Source of the DNA: Felis catus
Lineage: Eukaryota
DNA: 64,000 nt
Assembly (NCBI RefSeq): GCF_018350175.1
Contig: NC_058368.1
Span: forward strand, 195,798,001-195,862,000
Direction: 5' to 3'
The notes below the pieces were generated by a model, which searched no databases, was not told the DNA's origin, and saw only the letters and a list, made by a program, of their open reading frames with translations. Shown in pieces: positions 13,478 through 25,797 of the stretch. Position numbers and translations under genes: made by a program. How positions within the stretch are numbered: position 1 is the stretch's first letter; each line of letters begins with the position of its first letter.

Positions 13478-13558
13478 GTGCTCACTTCGGCAGCATATGT
13501 ACTAAAACTGGAATAATGCAGAGAAGATTAGCATGGCCCCTGGGCAAGGCTGAAACGC
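13478..13558 (+). pseudogene. U6 snRNA retropseudogene, 3'-truncated
   Basis: gtgctcacttcggcagcatatgtactaaaactggaataatgcagagaagattagcatggcccctgggcaaggctgaaacgc is a diverged copy of U6 nt 1-~81, including the (A)CAGAGA box region. It is flanked by the repeat gctattaagta. Confidence 0.93.
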
Positions 13559-13784
13559 TATTAAGTAAAGTGTATAATTTCTAGGGATCTACTTTGACAA
13601 TTTGACTTCTGTGGGTAGTGTGAGGACTTTTGATCAGAGCTGTGCCATTCAACTGGCTTTTGGTGTGCTTCTGAAATTGCTATGAATTCTTATGCTCAGT
13701 TTCTCATTATTATCTTATTTTCTCCAAAATTTCAATTATCTTGGGTCTTTAAATTTTCTTGTTCTTGTCTTTTTCTACTACTTT

Positions 13785-13980
13785 AAAAAAATAAACGTTT
13801 ATTCATTTTTGAGAGAGAGAATGAGCAGGGGGAGGGACAGAGAGAGAGGGGAACAGAGGATCCAAGGTGGGCTCTATGCTGATAGCAGCGAGCCCAATGT
13901 GGGGCTTGAACTCAGGCACTGTGAGACCATGACCTGAGCTGAAGTCAGACACTCAACCAACTGAACCATCCAGGTGCCCC
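13785..13980 (-). mobile_element. CanSINE
   Basis: Reverse head ...ccatccaggtgcccc, with the TSD-like tctacta. Confidence 0.85.
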
Positions 13981-14177
13981 TCTACTAATTTTGATTCCTT
14001 GGGGTAATCATTAATTTTGATAAAATTATTCATAAAATCATTGTTTTCTTCCTAAGTTATATAGGAGTTAGGAGTTAGGCAGTCCTTCTGTTTGGTGCAT
14101 CATATTCAAAATACTCAAACTAGAATCAAAACATTTGATTTCTTAATTGAACTGCTTGTTCCCTTCTCATTTCACAG

Positions 14178-14452
14178 GAATGGAAAGTTCCTCACATGTT
14201 CTCACCAAGAACAGTGATGCCAATTCGGTCCATCTGGTGTGTAAAGCTGCAGAGTGGTACCCAGAGCCTGAGGCAAGCTGGAAACCTCCAAGGGCATAAT
14301 TTAAAGCCACCCTCTGAAAATGACGGAACAAATGGGAAAGGCCTATTCTCTAGTGGAACTTCAGTCCTGGTAATTGAACTCAAAAATTGTGCTCTGTTCC
14401 ATTCTCAACTCCAGGCTCAACCAGAAAAAGTGGACAACGATTTCTGTTTCAG
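14178..14452 (+). pseudogene. Butyrophilin/BTNL-type IgC-domain exon, frameshifted (pseudo-exon)
   Basis: Acceptor ttcacag| and donor AG|gttagt, phase 1-1. Stitching three frames gives MESSSHVLTKNSDANSVHLVCKAAEWYPEPEASWK / LQGHNLKPPSENDGTNGKGLFSSGTSVLVI / NSKIVLCSILNSRLNQKKWTTISVS. This aligns to the BTN IgC pattern (LECTSVGWYPEPQVQW..GLF.V..SV....NVSC.IQN.LL.QEK...ISI). The exon is 275 nt versus the canonical 282 nt. Confidence 0.85.
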
Positions 14453-14629
14453 GTTAGTTTGTCTATAATTATATCTCATTGCCTGGAGAAGTGCTTTAAA
14501 ATTGAATGCATATTGTTGAGTTTCTAACAGAAAGGAAAATGATAACTGAGTTCCTATACTGTACTTTTTAGAACCAAATGAACACTTACCAAAATAACTA
14601 CATCATTCTCTTCTCTGATCTTTATCATT

Positions 14630-16158
14630 GTATTCTTTCTGCTAGCTTTGAGTTTACATTGTTCTTTTTCTAGCCCTTTAAAGTGTAAATTTAGGTTGCT
14701 GAATTGAAATCTTTCTTTTTTAACATAAGCATTTACAGCTATAAATTGTCTTTTTAGTATTGTCTTTTATTGTATTCTGTAAGTTTTAACGTGTGTTTTG
14801 TTTTCATTTGTCTCAAAATATTTTCTAATATCCTTTGCAATTTCTTCTTTGACCCATTAGTTGCTTAAAGTGGGGTGTTTAATTACTACATACTTGTGAA
14901 TTTTTGGTTTTCCTTCTGCTATTAGTTTTTTGTTTCGTTTCATTGTAATTAGAAAGACACTTTGTGCAATTTTAGTTTTTTAATACTTCTTAACCATTGT
15001 TTTGTGGTCAAACATATGGTCTGTCCTGAAAAACAACCCATGTGCACTTAAGAAAAGTATTTTCTGTTGTTGTTGGAATGTTCGATGTGTCTGTTAGATG
15101 TATTTGACGCTTTGGTGGTGTTCAAGTCCTCTATTTCCCATTGATATTCTGTCTGGTTGTGTTATACATTATTGAGGTATTGAAGTTCCCTACTATTGTT
15201 GCAGATCTATTTCTGTCTCTGATTCTAACAATATTTGCTTCATATAGTTTGGAGGTATGTTTGGTGCATATATGTGTGTAATTATCATATCTTCTTGGTA
15301 AATTGATCCTTTTATCAATATATAATGTCCTTTGACACTCTTTTTTTAAAAATATGTTTACTTATTTTTGAGAGAGAGCATATGGGAGCAAGCAGAGGAG
15401 GCGCAGAGAGAGAGGGGGACAGAGGATCTGAAGCGGGCTCTGTGCTGACAGCACAGAACTCATGAACTGTGAGATAATGGCATGAGCCAGTCGGATGCTC
15501 AACTGACTGAGCCACCCAGGTGCCCCTTTCTTTGTCTCTAATGACAGTTTTTGACTTAAAGTCTATTTTATCTGATATTAGTATAGCCACCCCACTCTCT
15601 TTTAGTTACTATTTGCATGGATATCTTTTTCCCATCCTTTCACTTACACATTCTTGTGTCTTGTGGACTGCATATACTTGTATCATTTTTTAATCCGTTT
15701 TGTCAATCTCTACCTTTTGATTGGGGAGTTTAATCCATTTACATTTAAAGTAATTGCTGGTAAGATAGCACATACTTCTGCCATCTTGTCATTTGTTTTT
15801 TCTATGTCTTACAGTTTTTTGTTCCTTGTTTCATTACTATTTTTCTTTATGTTTAGTTAATTTTTTTGTATTTACATGTTTTTATTCCCTTCTCATTTCC
15901 TTTGGTGTATATTTTATAGATACTTTTTTGTGGTTACCCTGGGGATTACATATAACATCCTAAAGTTATAACAATCTATTTTGAATTGATGCCAATTTAC
16001 TTTCAGTCATATACAAAAACTCTATTTCCTTACAGCTCTACCTCTCCTTTGTTATCGATGCTATAAATTAAACTTTATATATTGTGAACCTATTAACATA
16101 GATTTATTATGTTTTATCCATTTGTCTCTTAAATCCTATAGAAAATAAAAAGTGGAGT
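14630..16158 (-). mobile_element. Old L1M (ORF2 5'/endonuclease region), with a SINE at ~15340-15526
   Basis: T-rich reverse L1. The ORF track gives AILISDKIDFKSKTVIRDKEG, typical of the L1 endonuclease. Confidence 0.8.
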
Positions 16159-16658
16159 TACAAGCATACCTTAGAAGTATTGCAGGTTCAGTTCCAAACC
16201 ACAACAATAAAGAAAATATTGCAATAAAGCAAGTCAAATGAGTTTTTTGGTTTTCCAGTGCATGTAAAACTTAGTTTATACTGTAGTGTAACTAAATCAT
16301 AATAGTATGTCTAAAAAATGTATATACCTTAATTTTAAAATACTTTATTGCTAAAAAATGCTAACCATCATCTGAGCATTCAGTGAGTTATAATCTTGCT
16401 GGTGTAGGGTCTTGCCTCACTGTTGATAGCTGCTGACTGATCAGGGTGGTGGTTACTGAAGGTTGGAGTGGTGGTGGCAATTTCTTAAAATAAGACAAAA
16501 ATGAAGTTTGTCACATTGATTGATTCTTTCATGAACAGTTTCTTTGTAGTATGCAATGTTGCTTAATATCATTTTACCCACAAGTTTTTTTTAAAAATTG
16601 GAATCAACTGTCTCAAACCCTGCTGCTGCCTTATCAACTTAAGTTTATGTAATATTCT

Positions 16659-16878
16659 TTTTTTTAATTTTTTTTAACGTTTATTTATTTTTGAGACAGA
16701 GAGAGACAGAGCATGAACAGGGGAGGGGCAGAGAGGGAGGGAGACACAGAATCGGAAGCAGGCTCCAGGCTCTGAGCCATCATCCCAGAACCCAACGCGG
16801 GGCTCGAACTCACGGACCGCGAGATCGTGACCTGAGCTGAAGTCGGACGCTCAACCGACTGAGCCACCCAGGCGCCCC
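16659..16878 (-). mobile_element. CanSINE inside Tigger1
   Basis: TSD agtttatgtaatattct at 16642-16658 and 16879-16895. Confidence 0.92.
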
Positions 16879-17229
16879 AGTTTATGTAATATTCTAAATC
16901 TTTTGTTGTCATTTCAACAATCTTCACAGCATTTCACCAGGAGTACATTACATTCCAAGAAACCACTTTCTTTGCTCATCCTTAAGCTGCTTCTTCTTCT
17001 CATCCATTCAACTGCAGCAATTCAGTCACATCTTCAGGCTCCAGTTCTAATTCTAGTTCTCTTGCTATCTCCACCACACCTGCAGTGACTTCCTCCACTG
17101 AAGGTTTGAACCCCTCAAAGTCATCCACGAGGGCTAGAATCAACTTCTAAACTCCTTTTCACATTGACATTTTGACCTCTTCCCATGAATCACAATGTTC
17201 TTAATGGGATCTAGAATGGTGAATCTTTT

Positions 17230-17606
17230 TTTTTTAATTTTATTTTTTAAAATTTACATCCAAATTAGTTAGCATATAGTGAAACAATGATTTCAGGAGT
17301 AGATTCCTTAATACCCCTTACCCACTTAGCCCATCCTCTCTCCCACAATCCCTCCAGTAATCCTCTGTTTGTTCTCCATATTTATGAGTCTCTTCTGTTT
17401 TGTCCCCCTCCCTGTTTTTATATTATTTTTGTTTCCCTTCCCTTATGTTCATCTGTTTTGTCTCTTAAAGTTCTCATATGAGTGAAGTCATATGATTTTG
17501 GTCTCTCTCTGACTGACTAATTTCACTTAGCATCATACCCTCCAGGTCCAGCCATGTAGTTGCAAATGGCAAGATTTCATTCTTTTTGATTGCCGAGTAA
17601 TACTGC

Positions 17607-17652
<46 letters not shown>

Positions 17653-18308
17653 CCACATCTTCTTTATCCATTCATCCATCGATGGACATTTGGGCTCTTT
17701 CCATACTTTGACTATTATTGATAGTGTTGCTATTAACATGGGGGTGCATGTGTCCCTTCGAAACAGCACACCTGTATCCCGTGAATAAATGCCTAGTAGT
17801 GCAATTGCTGGGTCGTAGGGTAGTTCTCTTTTTAGTTTTTTGAGGAACCTCCATACTGTTTTCCAGAGTGGCTGCACCAGCTTGCATTCCCACCAACAAT
17901 GCAAAACAGATCCTCTCTCTCCACATCCTTGCCAACATCTGTTGTTGCCTCAGTTGTTAATGTTAGCCATTCTGACAGGTGTCAGGTGGTATCTCATTGT
18001 GGTTTTGATTTGTATTTTCCTGATGATGAGTGATGTTGAGCATTTTTTCATATGTCGGTTGACCACCTGGATGTCTTCCTTGGAGAAGTGTCTATTCATG
18101 TCTTTTGCCCATTTCTTCACTGGATTATTTGTTTCTTGGGTGTTGAGTTTGAGAAGTTCTTTATAGATTTTGGATGCTAACCCTTTATCTGATATGTCAT
18201 TTGCAAATGTCTTCTCCCATTCTGTCGGTTGCCTTTTAGTTTTGCTGATTGTTTCCTTTGCTGTGTGGAAGCTTTTTATTTTGATGAGGTCCCAGTAGTT
18301 CATTTTTG
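17230..18308 (-). mobile_element. 5'-truncated carnivore L1 (ORF2 C-terminus plus 3'UTR) inside Tigger1
   Basis: ORF2 remnants [28 protein letters not shown] and [23 protein letters not shown] tagaatggtgaatctttt at 17212-17229 and 18309-18326. Confidence 0.93.
17609..17649. repeat. (TG)n microsatellite within the L1
   Basis: About 20 perfect TG units. Confidence 0.95.
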
Positions 18309-18445
18309 TAGAATGGTGAATCTTTTCCAGAAGGTTTTCCATTGACTTTGCCCAGACCCATTAGAGGAATCACTCTCTATTGCAGCTATAGCCTTATGGA
18401 ATGTATTTCTTAAATAGTAAGACTTGAAAGTTGAAATGACTTCTT

Positions 18446-18680
18446 TTTTTAAATTTTTCAAATGTTTTATTTATTCTTGAGAGAGAGAGAGAGAGAGAGA
18501 GAGAATGCAAGCGCATGAGTGGGGGAGGGGCAGAGCCAGAGAGGGACACAGAATCTGAAGCAGGCTCCAGGCTCTGAGCTGTCAGCACAGAGCCTGAGGC
18601 GGGGCTCCAACACACAAGCCATGAGATCATGACCTAAGCTGAAGTCAGACACTTAACTGACTGAGCCACCCAGGCGCCCC
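18446..18680 (-). mobile_element. CanSINE inside Tigger1
   Basis: TSD aagttgaaatgacttctt at 18428-18445 and 18681-18698. Confidence 0.92.
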
Positions 18681-20169
18681 AAGTTGAAATGACTTCTTAA
18701 TCCACGAGATACAGAATGGATGACACCCACTGATGAAAACATTAAATTTGTTGTACTCCATCCGAGTTCTCGGGTGATGGGTGTATTGTCACTGAACAGT
18801 AACATTTTGAAAGGAGTCTTTTTTCTGAACAGGAGGCCTCAACAGTGGGCTTAAAATATTCAGTAAACCATGTTGTAAACAGATGTACTTTCATTCAGGA
18901 TTTGTTGTTCTATTTATAGAGCAGAGGCAGGAGTATATTGGCATAATTCTTAAGGACCTTAGGATTTTCAAAATGGTAAATGAGCATTGGCTTCAACTTA
19001 AAGTCACTAGTTGCATTACCTCTAACAAGAAAGTCAGTCTGTCCTTTGAAGCTTTGAAGCCAGGCATTGACTTCTCTCTAGCTATGAAAGTCTTAGCATC
19101 TTTTTCCAAGAAAAGGTGGTTTCATCCACATTGAAAATCTGTTGTTTAGTGTAGCCACCTTCACTAACTACCTTAGCTAGACTTTCTGGATGGCTTGCTG
19201 TAGCTTCTACATCAGCACTTGCTGCTTCACCTTGCACTTTGATGTTACGGAAACGTCTTCTTTCGCGAAACCTCATGAGTTAACCTCTGCTAGCTTCAAA
19301 CTTTTCTTCTGCAGCATCCTCACCTCTTTCAGCCTTCATGGAATTGAAGAGAGTTAGGGCCTCGGAGACTCTGGATTAGGCTTTGGCTTAAGGGAATGGC
19401 TGGTTTGACCTTTTGTTCAGACCACTCAAACTTTCTCCATCACAGCAATAAAGCTCTTTCACTTTCTTATCATTCATGTGTTCACAGGAGGAGCAATTTT
19501 AGTTTCCTTTAAGAACCTTCCCTTTGCATTCACAACTTGACTGTTTGATGCAAGAGGCTTACCTTTTGGCCTGTCTCAGCTTTCAACATGTCTTCCCAAG
19601 CTTAACCATTGCTAGCTTTTGATTTAAAGGGAGAGATGTGGGATAGGACTCTTCCTTTCACTTGAATGCTTAGAAGCCATTGTAGGCTTATTAATTGGCT
19701 TAATTTCAATATTGTTGTGTCTCAGGGAATAGGGAGGCCCAGGAGAGGGAGAGAGACAGGGGAACAGCCAGTGGCTGGAGCAATCAGAACATACATAGCA
19801 TTTATTGATTAACTTTATGCTCTTACATGGGCGTGGTTTGTGGCTCCCCCAAACAAGGGCAATAGTAGCATCAAAGATCACTGATCACAGATTACTATAA
19901 CAAGTGTAAAAATAATGAAAAGTTTTAAAATATTGCAGGAATTACCAAGACGTGACACAGAGATATGAAGTGAGCAGATGCTGTGATAAATGGTGCTGGT
20001 AAACAGGGTTGCCACGAGCTTTCAATTTGTAAGAAACTCAGTATCTGTGAGGCACAATAAAATGAAGTATGCCTATACTTAATTTATCAAATGTAGCTAA
20101 ATAACTAATATTAAGCAAAACTTATTACATATTTTATTATAGTGAAGGGGTAAATGGTGATACAGTTTC

Positions 20170-20677
20170 TTTTTTCTCTTTTTTTTAAAATTTTTTTTTT
20201 AGTGTTTATTTATTTTTGAGAGACAGAGAGAGACAGCATGAGCGGGAGAGGGCAGAGAGAGAGGGAGACCCAGAATATGAAGCAGGCTCCAGGCGCTGAG
20301 CTGTCAGCCCAGAGCCCAATGCGGGGCTTGAACTCACAGACCACGAGATCATGATCTGAGCCGGAGTCAGACGCTCAACCAACTGAGCCACCCAGGCGCC
20401 CCAGTTTCTTGATCACATCTATTTTTACAGGGAGAAAAAGTTCTATCACAAAGTGAAAGGCTCAAAACTTTTTTTGTAAGTTTATTTATTTTGAGAGAGA
20501 GAGAGAGAGAACGAACATGAGTTGGGGGGAGCAGAGAAAGAGAGGGAGAGAGAGAATCCCAAGCGGGCTCCGTGCTGTCAGCATGAGCCTGATGCAGGGC
20601 TCAATCCCACAAAGAGCGAGTTCATGACCTGAGCTGAAACCAAGAGTCGGACACTTAACTGAGCCACCCAGGCACCC
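20170..20677 (-). mobile_element. Two adjacent CanSINEs (~20170-20402 and ~20470-20677)
   Basis: Two reverse heads (...cccaggcgcccc; ...cccaggcaccc), each with a (GA)n tract and T tail. Confidence 0.88.
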
Positions 20678-22129
20678 AAGGTTCAAAACTCTTTAAATGA
20701 TGTAATATTTGTTCTAGGATTGATCCTTTTACTCAAGGCATAGTTTCTGTTGCATCTTTCTAAAGTTCAATTTCTGGGAAGTTTCTCATGTTCCTTTTTT
20801 TTTCAATTTTGGAGGACATGAACATCTTCCATGGAGTAGGTTTGCCTGACCCCAAAGCTGTGTTCAGAGAGCTCCAGTTGGGTTAGAGCATCATTTTCCC
20901 CACCCTCTCTAATTCTCTCCTTTTGTCCAAAACATCTGCAAAATTTTCCAAACTTTTTTGCTATCAGTGATTTCAGAATCAATACTTAGAAAGTGTCTTG
21001 GCTTCCATTTTTTTCTCTACACTTCTCCATATTTTAGATTATTTTTCATAGTCTATCTCATGTAAATCATACTGAACAGTTTTTAAACAAGTAAACAATT
21101 GTCCCTCCCTAGAGCCTTCCTTGTCTTTCCACCTCTCACCTGCTCTCATCTATAGCCAGCTCTGGTATCACAGCCTGGGTCAATATGAAAAAGCCAACTT
21201 CATACTCAGTTAGATACTCATCACATACAGTTTATGACAAAATCATCTATTCCTCATGAACAGTGTCACCATTTTGACCTGTATTCACAGTCTCATAACT
21301 GAAGATGTGGTCAAAATAAATTTCCCCATGGAACTTACTGGGACCCCTTCCTGGAATTCACAGAATATGCTTCATTTTCTTTGCTAATTATAGTCGCACA
21401 TATATAGTGATTATTCATACTTGTGTGCCAAAATTTTTCCTATATCTTCCTTCTGTATATCTTCTGAAGTTCCCTGGTCTTTACTAAAACTGTTTTCATC
21501 ACAGTTGACCTGGTTTGAAAATCAGTAACTCTGTTATCTTATTCTTCATCAATCTGTGTAATGTGTTTTTTTGTTTGTTTGTTTTGTTTTTGTTTTTTTT
21601 TTTAACTAAAGGAAAATTATAGACATTTCAGTACCATGAGTTTCTACCATGTTGGCACTAGGGTCATAAACCATCTGAGTTTGTCTTGAACTAAGCTGGT
21701 TTAAGTAATGAAAGTTATGTTTCCCAGACACCCCTTTCATGACACAAAAACTCTGTTTTCTGTAATGGTTTCAGAAAGTTGGAGGAAAACTCTAAACTGA
21801 TATAGCAGCCCTCAAAAATAGGTATGAAAAAAACCATTATTTTTAATGTAAAATGAATACAGTATAGATTACCTTCCTTCTTTAGCCACTGCCACTGTTT
21901 CACCCCTGAGCCCTGATGTTCGTAATCACAATTTACAGTTCATAGTAATAAATCACCCATTGTTGCATCAGTCTGAGTGATATGTCTTAAGTACACAAAT
22001 TAAATGCATTGTACTCACGAGCATTACCTATCCATCTTTGACTTTATTGTAGATTAACTACTGTGCGTGGTTTTGAGATAGTGCTAAATTTTTTTGTGAA
22101 AAAATTCTAGCTGATAATTTCACAATTTA

Positions 22130-23660
22130 GTGAATGGTATAACACTCACAGATCTAAAGCAGCTCAGTGAACCCAAGGCATAAGAATCGTGAAGAAAACT
22201 ATACAAAGTCACACCATTATCAAATTGCTTAAATCCAGTGATAAAGGGATATCATAAGCAGAAAGAAAAAGGATACATTATTCTTATTCTGTCACAAGAA
22301 TTACAACAGACTTGTCAGAGGGGAAAAAACACAACAGAAGAAAGTAACTTCTTTAAAGCATTAAAACAATTTTTTTTAAGTGCCAATCTACAATTTACCC
22401 ATCAGAAATAAATTTCAAAAGCAAAAGTGAAATACATATTCACCTTACTCTCTTATTACTTATGCCTACAAAAGGGGAAGGAGTTTATTACCAATGGAGC
22501 TGCGCTGCAAATGTTAAAAGAGGTCCCATAACCACGAGGAAACTATAGCAGATGGACATCTGGAAAATGGTAAATACAGAGACAAATGTAAGACTTTTAT
22601 CCCTTAATATTTAAATATCTGTAGGAGATAATTGACAACTTAAAGTGAAAATAAGGACATATTTGTGGGTTTTATAACCTATGTCAAAGTAAAATGGGTG
22701 ACAAGACCAGCACCAAGGCATGGATGGGGTATTTTTATACATGGAAGTGTATTTGTATATAGTTCTTAAACTGCCATGACTGTAATATAATAATAACTGT
22801 AGTATGTTAAAGATGTGTATTGTAAATGTTTGGCTAAGAATCTATCAGGATCTAAACCAAAATTACAAGCATAGTTAATTAAACATAAAGTATAATCAGA
22901 GGAAAAAGAATGCAAACAACAGATAAGCAAATAGAAAAGAGGAAGAGGGGCGCCTGGGTGGCGCAGTCGGTTGGGCGTCCGACTTCAGCCAGGTCACGAT
23001 CTCGCGGTCTGTGAGTTCGAGCCCCGCATCAGGCTCTGGGCTGATGGCTCGGAGCCTGGAGCCTGTTTCTGATTCTGTGTCTCCCTCTCTCTCTGCCCCT
23101 CCCCCGTTCATGCTCTGTCTCTCTCTGTCCCAAAAATAAATAAAAACGTTGAAAAAAAAATTTTTAAAAAAAAAAAGAAAGAAAAGAGGAAGAAAGGTGT
23201 TAAACACAAACATCAGTAACAGCAACAAACATAAATGGCCCAAAAGACCCAATTAAATGTCAGAGATTGCCAGATTGGATAAAAAACAAACAAGACACAA
23301 CTATATGCTGTCTGTAAGACACCCAATAAATATAAATAAACATTGCTGAAAAGTAAAAAGATGGCAAATAATATACCATGCTAATACTAACCGAAAGAAA
23401 GTGGAAGTGGTTATGTTAATATCAACCAAATTAGACACCAGAGTGTAGAATATTATCAGGGAAAGAGGGCCACTTAATAATGATAAAGGGTCAAGAAGAT
23501 ATCAAGAAGATAAAGCAATCCTAATTATTTGTGCACCAAATAACAGAGCTTAAAAATACTGGAAGCAAAAAAAACAAAAAAACAAAAAACAAAAAACACC
23601 TGATGGATCTGCAAGAAGAAACTGACAAATTTACAATATATTCAGAAATTTCAGTAACAG
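22130..23660 (+). mobile_element. Old L1M (ORF1 end / ORF2 start) fragment
   Basis: Degenerate L1 motifs (cagattggataaaaaa, tatatgctgtctgtaaga, ataatgataaagggtca). Boundaries are approximate. Confidence 0.7.
22947..23179 (+). mobile_element. Young felid CanSINE (SINEC_Fc-type)
   Basis: TSD agaaaagaggaaga at 22933-22946 and 23180-23193. Confidence 0.93.
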
Positions 23661-25063
23661 TATCTCCGTACATTTGGGGAATTTGTGAAGAAGACCGCTT
23701 TTCCCAGGTCATCATACAGAAATCACTGAGCTTATTCTGTCCCCAAACAAGGATAACATTGATCCTCTGCTGAGAGATGTTCCTAGGCTCTGAAAAATGA
23801 GGCATTCAGGTTGCTGAACTTGGCTCACAGACTCAGATAACTCAACAACCAGCCACTCCTGGCAACCTGTCTGGACCGAAGTGGCTGAACACACCCAGCA
23901 AGAAATTCAAAAAGAGAAGTGAGTCATCCCACCTCCACATCCCAGGAAGAATGAGGAGTTGCTTGGACTTAGGTGCATAGAACAGACAACCTCCAGCAGC
24001 TTCTATTCCAAACTGAGGCCCAGACACTTCAGGGCAGTTCCAGTGCTGGGCTCAGGTACTCACAAATGCTCTCATGATATCGCCCTGCTCCAGGCCTCCT
24101 GGGAGGGTACCAAGCTGCAAGGGGAAGGCCCTGGGAAAGGAGCAAGGGGAATGGGATGGTTTGCATCTTCAGTTTGGGGGTTCAATTTGATGCACGGAAG
24201 TTTAAGGACACTTCGAGATAACAAGGTAGGGAGCAACATGTTTATTCCAGGTTTTCTATGAGCATGATGAAGAAAACCAGCCCATTCAAACAAAATGCCA
24301 GAGACATTTACTTACTTATAAACATTACAGGCCTGGTAGGGATGTTGCCTAAACAATTTTCATTCAGTGAAACTGCTCTCAATGACACATAAAAGAAAAG
24401 CTCCCAATCACCAGGTCTCCATCTCTGTCGAATCCAGCGTTTGGTTGCTAGAAACAGAGGGGCTTACCCATCCCACCCTCTCTGAGAGGAACTGGGGAGA
24501 AGAGTGGAGGGAGCATCAGGGAAGTTTCCAATTCTGTCCTGCCCTTTGCAGCCAGAGCTGGAGGGAGAGGAGTGAGTTAAATAGGTAGTCACCTTCCTAT
24601 GGAAAATTCTTCAGAGGAGAATGTCTCCCGGCACTGGTCTGCCACTGCCCAGAAACTGATCTGTTGATCACAACTGGAGAAACACAAATGACATGGGTCA
24701 GGCCCTGAGCCAGGATAAAGGTAATGACAGAGAGACAACAGGGTATTGATAAGGTTTTGTCAGTACTTAGGAATCACTCTCACCATTCCCATTCTGAGAA
24801 ATTAATCAGACTCCTCCTCCTTTCCACTCTGGTCAGCCTTATCTCGTGGCTTGTCTAGATATACTGTACCCCAAGCCAGTGAGGGGGGCATTTGCATAGA
24901 CAGTGTGGGATGCCATGGTAAGGAGGGATTGGTGATGTCCAGAAGCATGGGTTGGAATAATTATAGAGATTCAACATATACAAATAGTTGTGAGAATTCA
25001 ATGAGATAGTTTGCACAAAGCAATAGTACGACACTTCATGTATAAGAAATGCTCGATACATCC

Positions 25064-25795
25064 TTTTTTTTAATTTATTTTTTCAATATATGAAATTTAT
25101 TGTCAAATTGGTTTCCATACAACACCCAGTGCTCATCCCAAAAGGTGCCCTTCTCAATACCCATCACCCACCCTCCCCTCCCTCCCACCCCCCATCAACC
25201 CTCAGTTTGTTCTCAGTTTTGTTTTTTTTTATTTAAAAAAAAAATTTTTTTAACGTTTATTTATTTTTGAGACAGAGAGAGAGACAGAGCATGAACGGGG
25301 GAGGGGCAGAGAGAAAGGGAGACACAGAATCGGAAGCAGGCTCCAGGCTCTGAGCCATCAGCCCAGAGCCCGACGCGGGGATCGAACCCACGGACCGCGA
25401 GATCGTGACCTGAGCTGAAGTCGGACACTCAACCGACTGAGCCACCCAGGCGCCCCTGTTCTCAGTTTTTAAGAGTCTCTTATGCTTTGGCTCTCTCCCT
25501 CTCTAACCTCTTTTTTTTTTTTTTCCCTTCCCCTCCCCCATGGGTTTCTGTTAAATTTCTCAGGATCCACATAAGAGTGAAAACATATGGTATCTGTCTT
25601 TCTCTGTATGGCTTATTTCACTTAGCATCACACTCTCCAGTTCCATCCACATTGCTACAAAGGGCCATATTTCATTCTTTCTCATTGCCACGTAGTACTC
25701 CATTGTGTATATAAACCACAATTTCTTTATCCATTCATCAGTTGATGGACATTTAGGCTCTTTCCATAATTTGGCTATTGTTGAGAGTGCTGCTG
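25064..25795 (-). mobile_element. Young felid L1 3' end, interrupted by a CanSINE at 25221-25456
   Basis: Reverse L1 tail (aaatttattgtcaaattggtttccatacaacacccag...). The inner SINE TSD is tgttctcagtttt. Confidence 0.9.
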
Positions 25796-25797
25796 TC

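Larger units (their letters stand above)
16161..20075 (-). mobile_element. Near-full-length Tigger1 DNA transposon carrying nested L1 and SINE insertions
   Basis: TIRs caagcatacct... and ...aagtatgccta, with TA TSDs at 16159-16160 and 20076-20077. Transposase remnants include [39 protein letters not shown]. Confidence 0.92.

Noticed and set aside
14196..14468. The 90-aa ORF in the ORF track taken as a standalone gene
   Set aside because: Only its middle third is in the true IgC frame; it is a by-product of the frameshifted BTNL exon.
17533..18342. ORFs of 88-130 aa
   Set aside because: Fragments of L1 ORF2 or its antisense, not host genes.
21110..21215. Possible BTNL TM exon or second IgV end (EPSLS...GQYEKANF)
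   Set aside because: No hydrophobic helix, no conserved Cys, and the spacing to upstream motifs is wrong.
23700..24100. Faint resemblance to a B30.2/PRY-SPRY exon (ELILSPNK...LGSQ...SHSWQ)
   Set aside because: It needs several frameshifts and lacks the core LDP, YWEVE and VGVFLDY motifs, so by eye it is indistinguishable from chance. A frameshift-aware HMM search would settle it.
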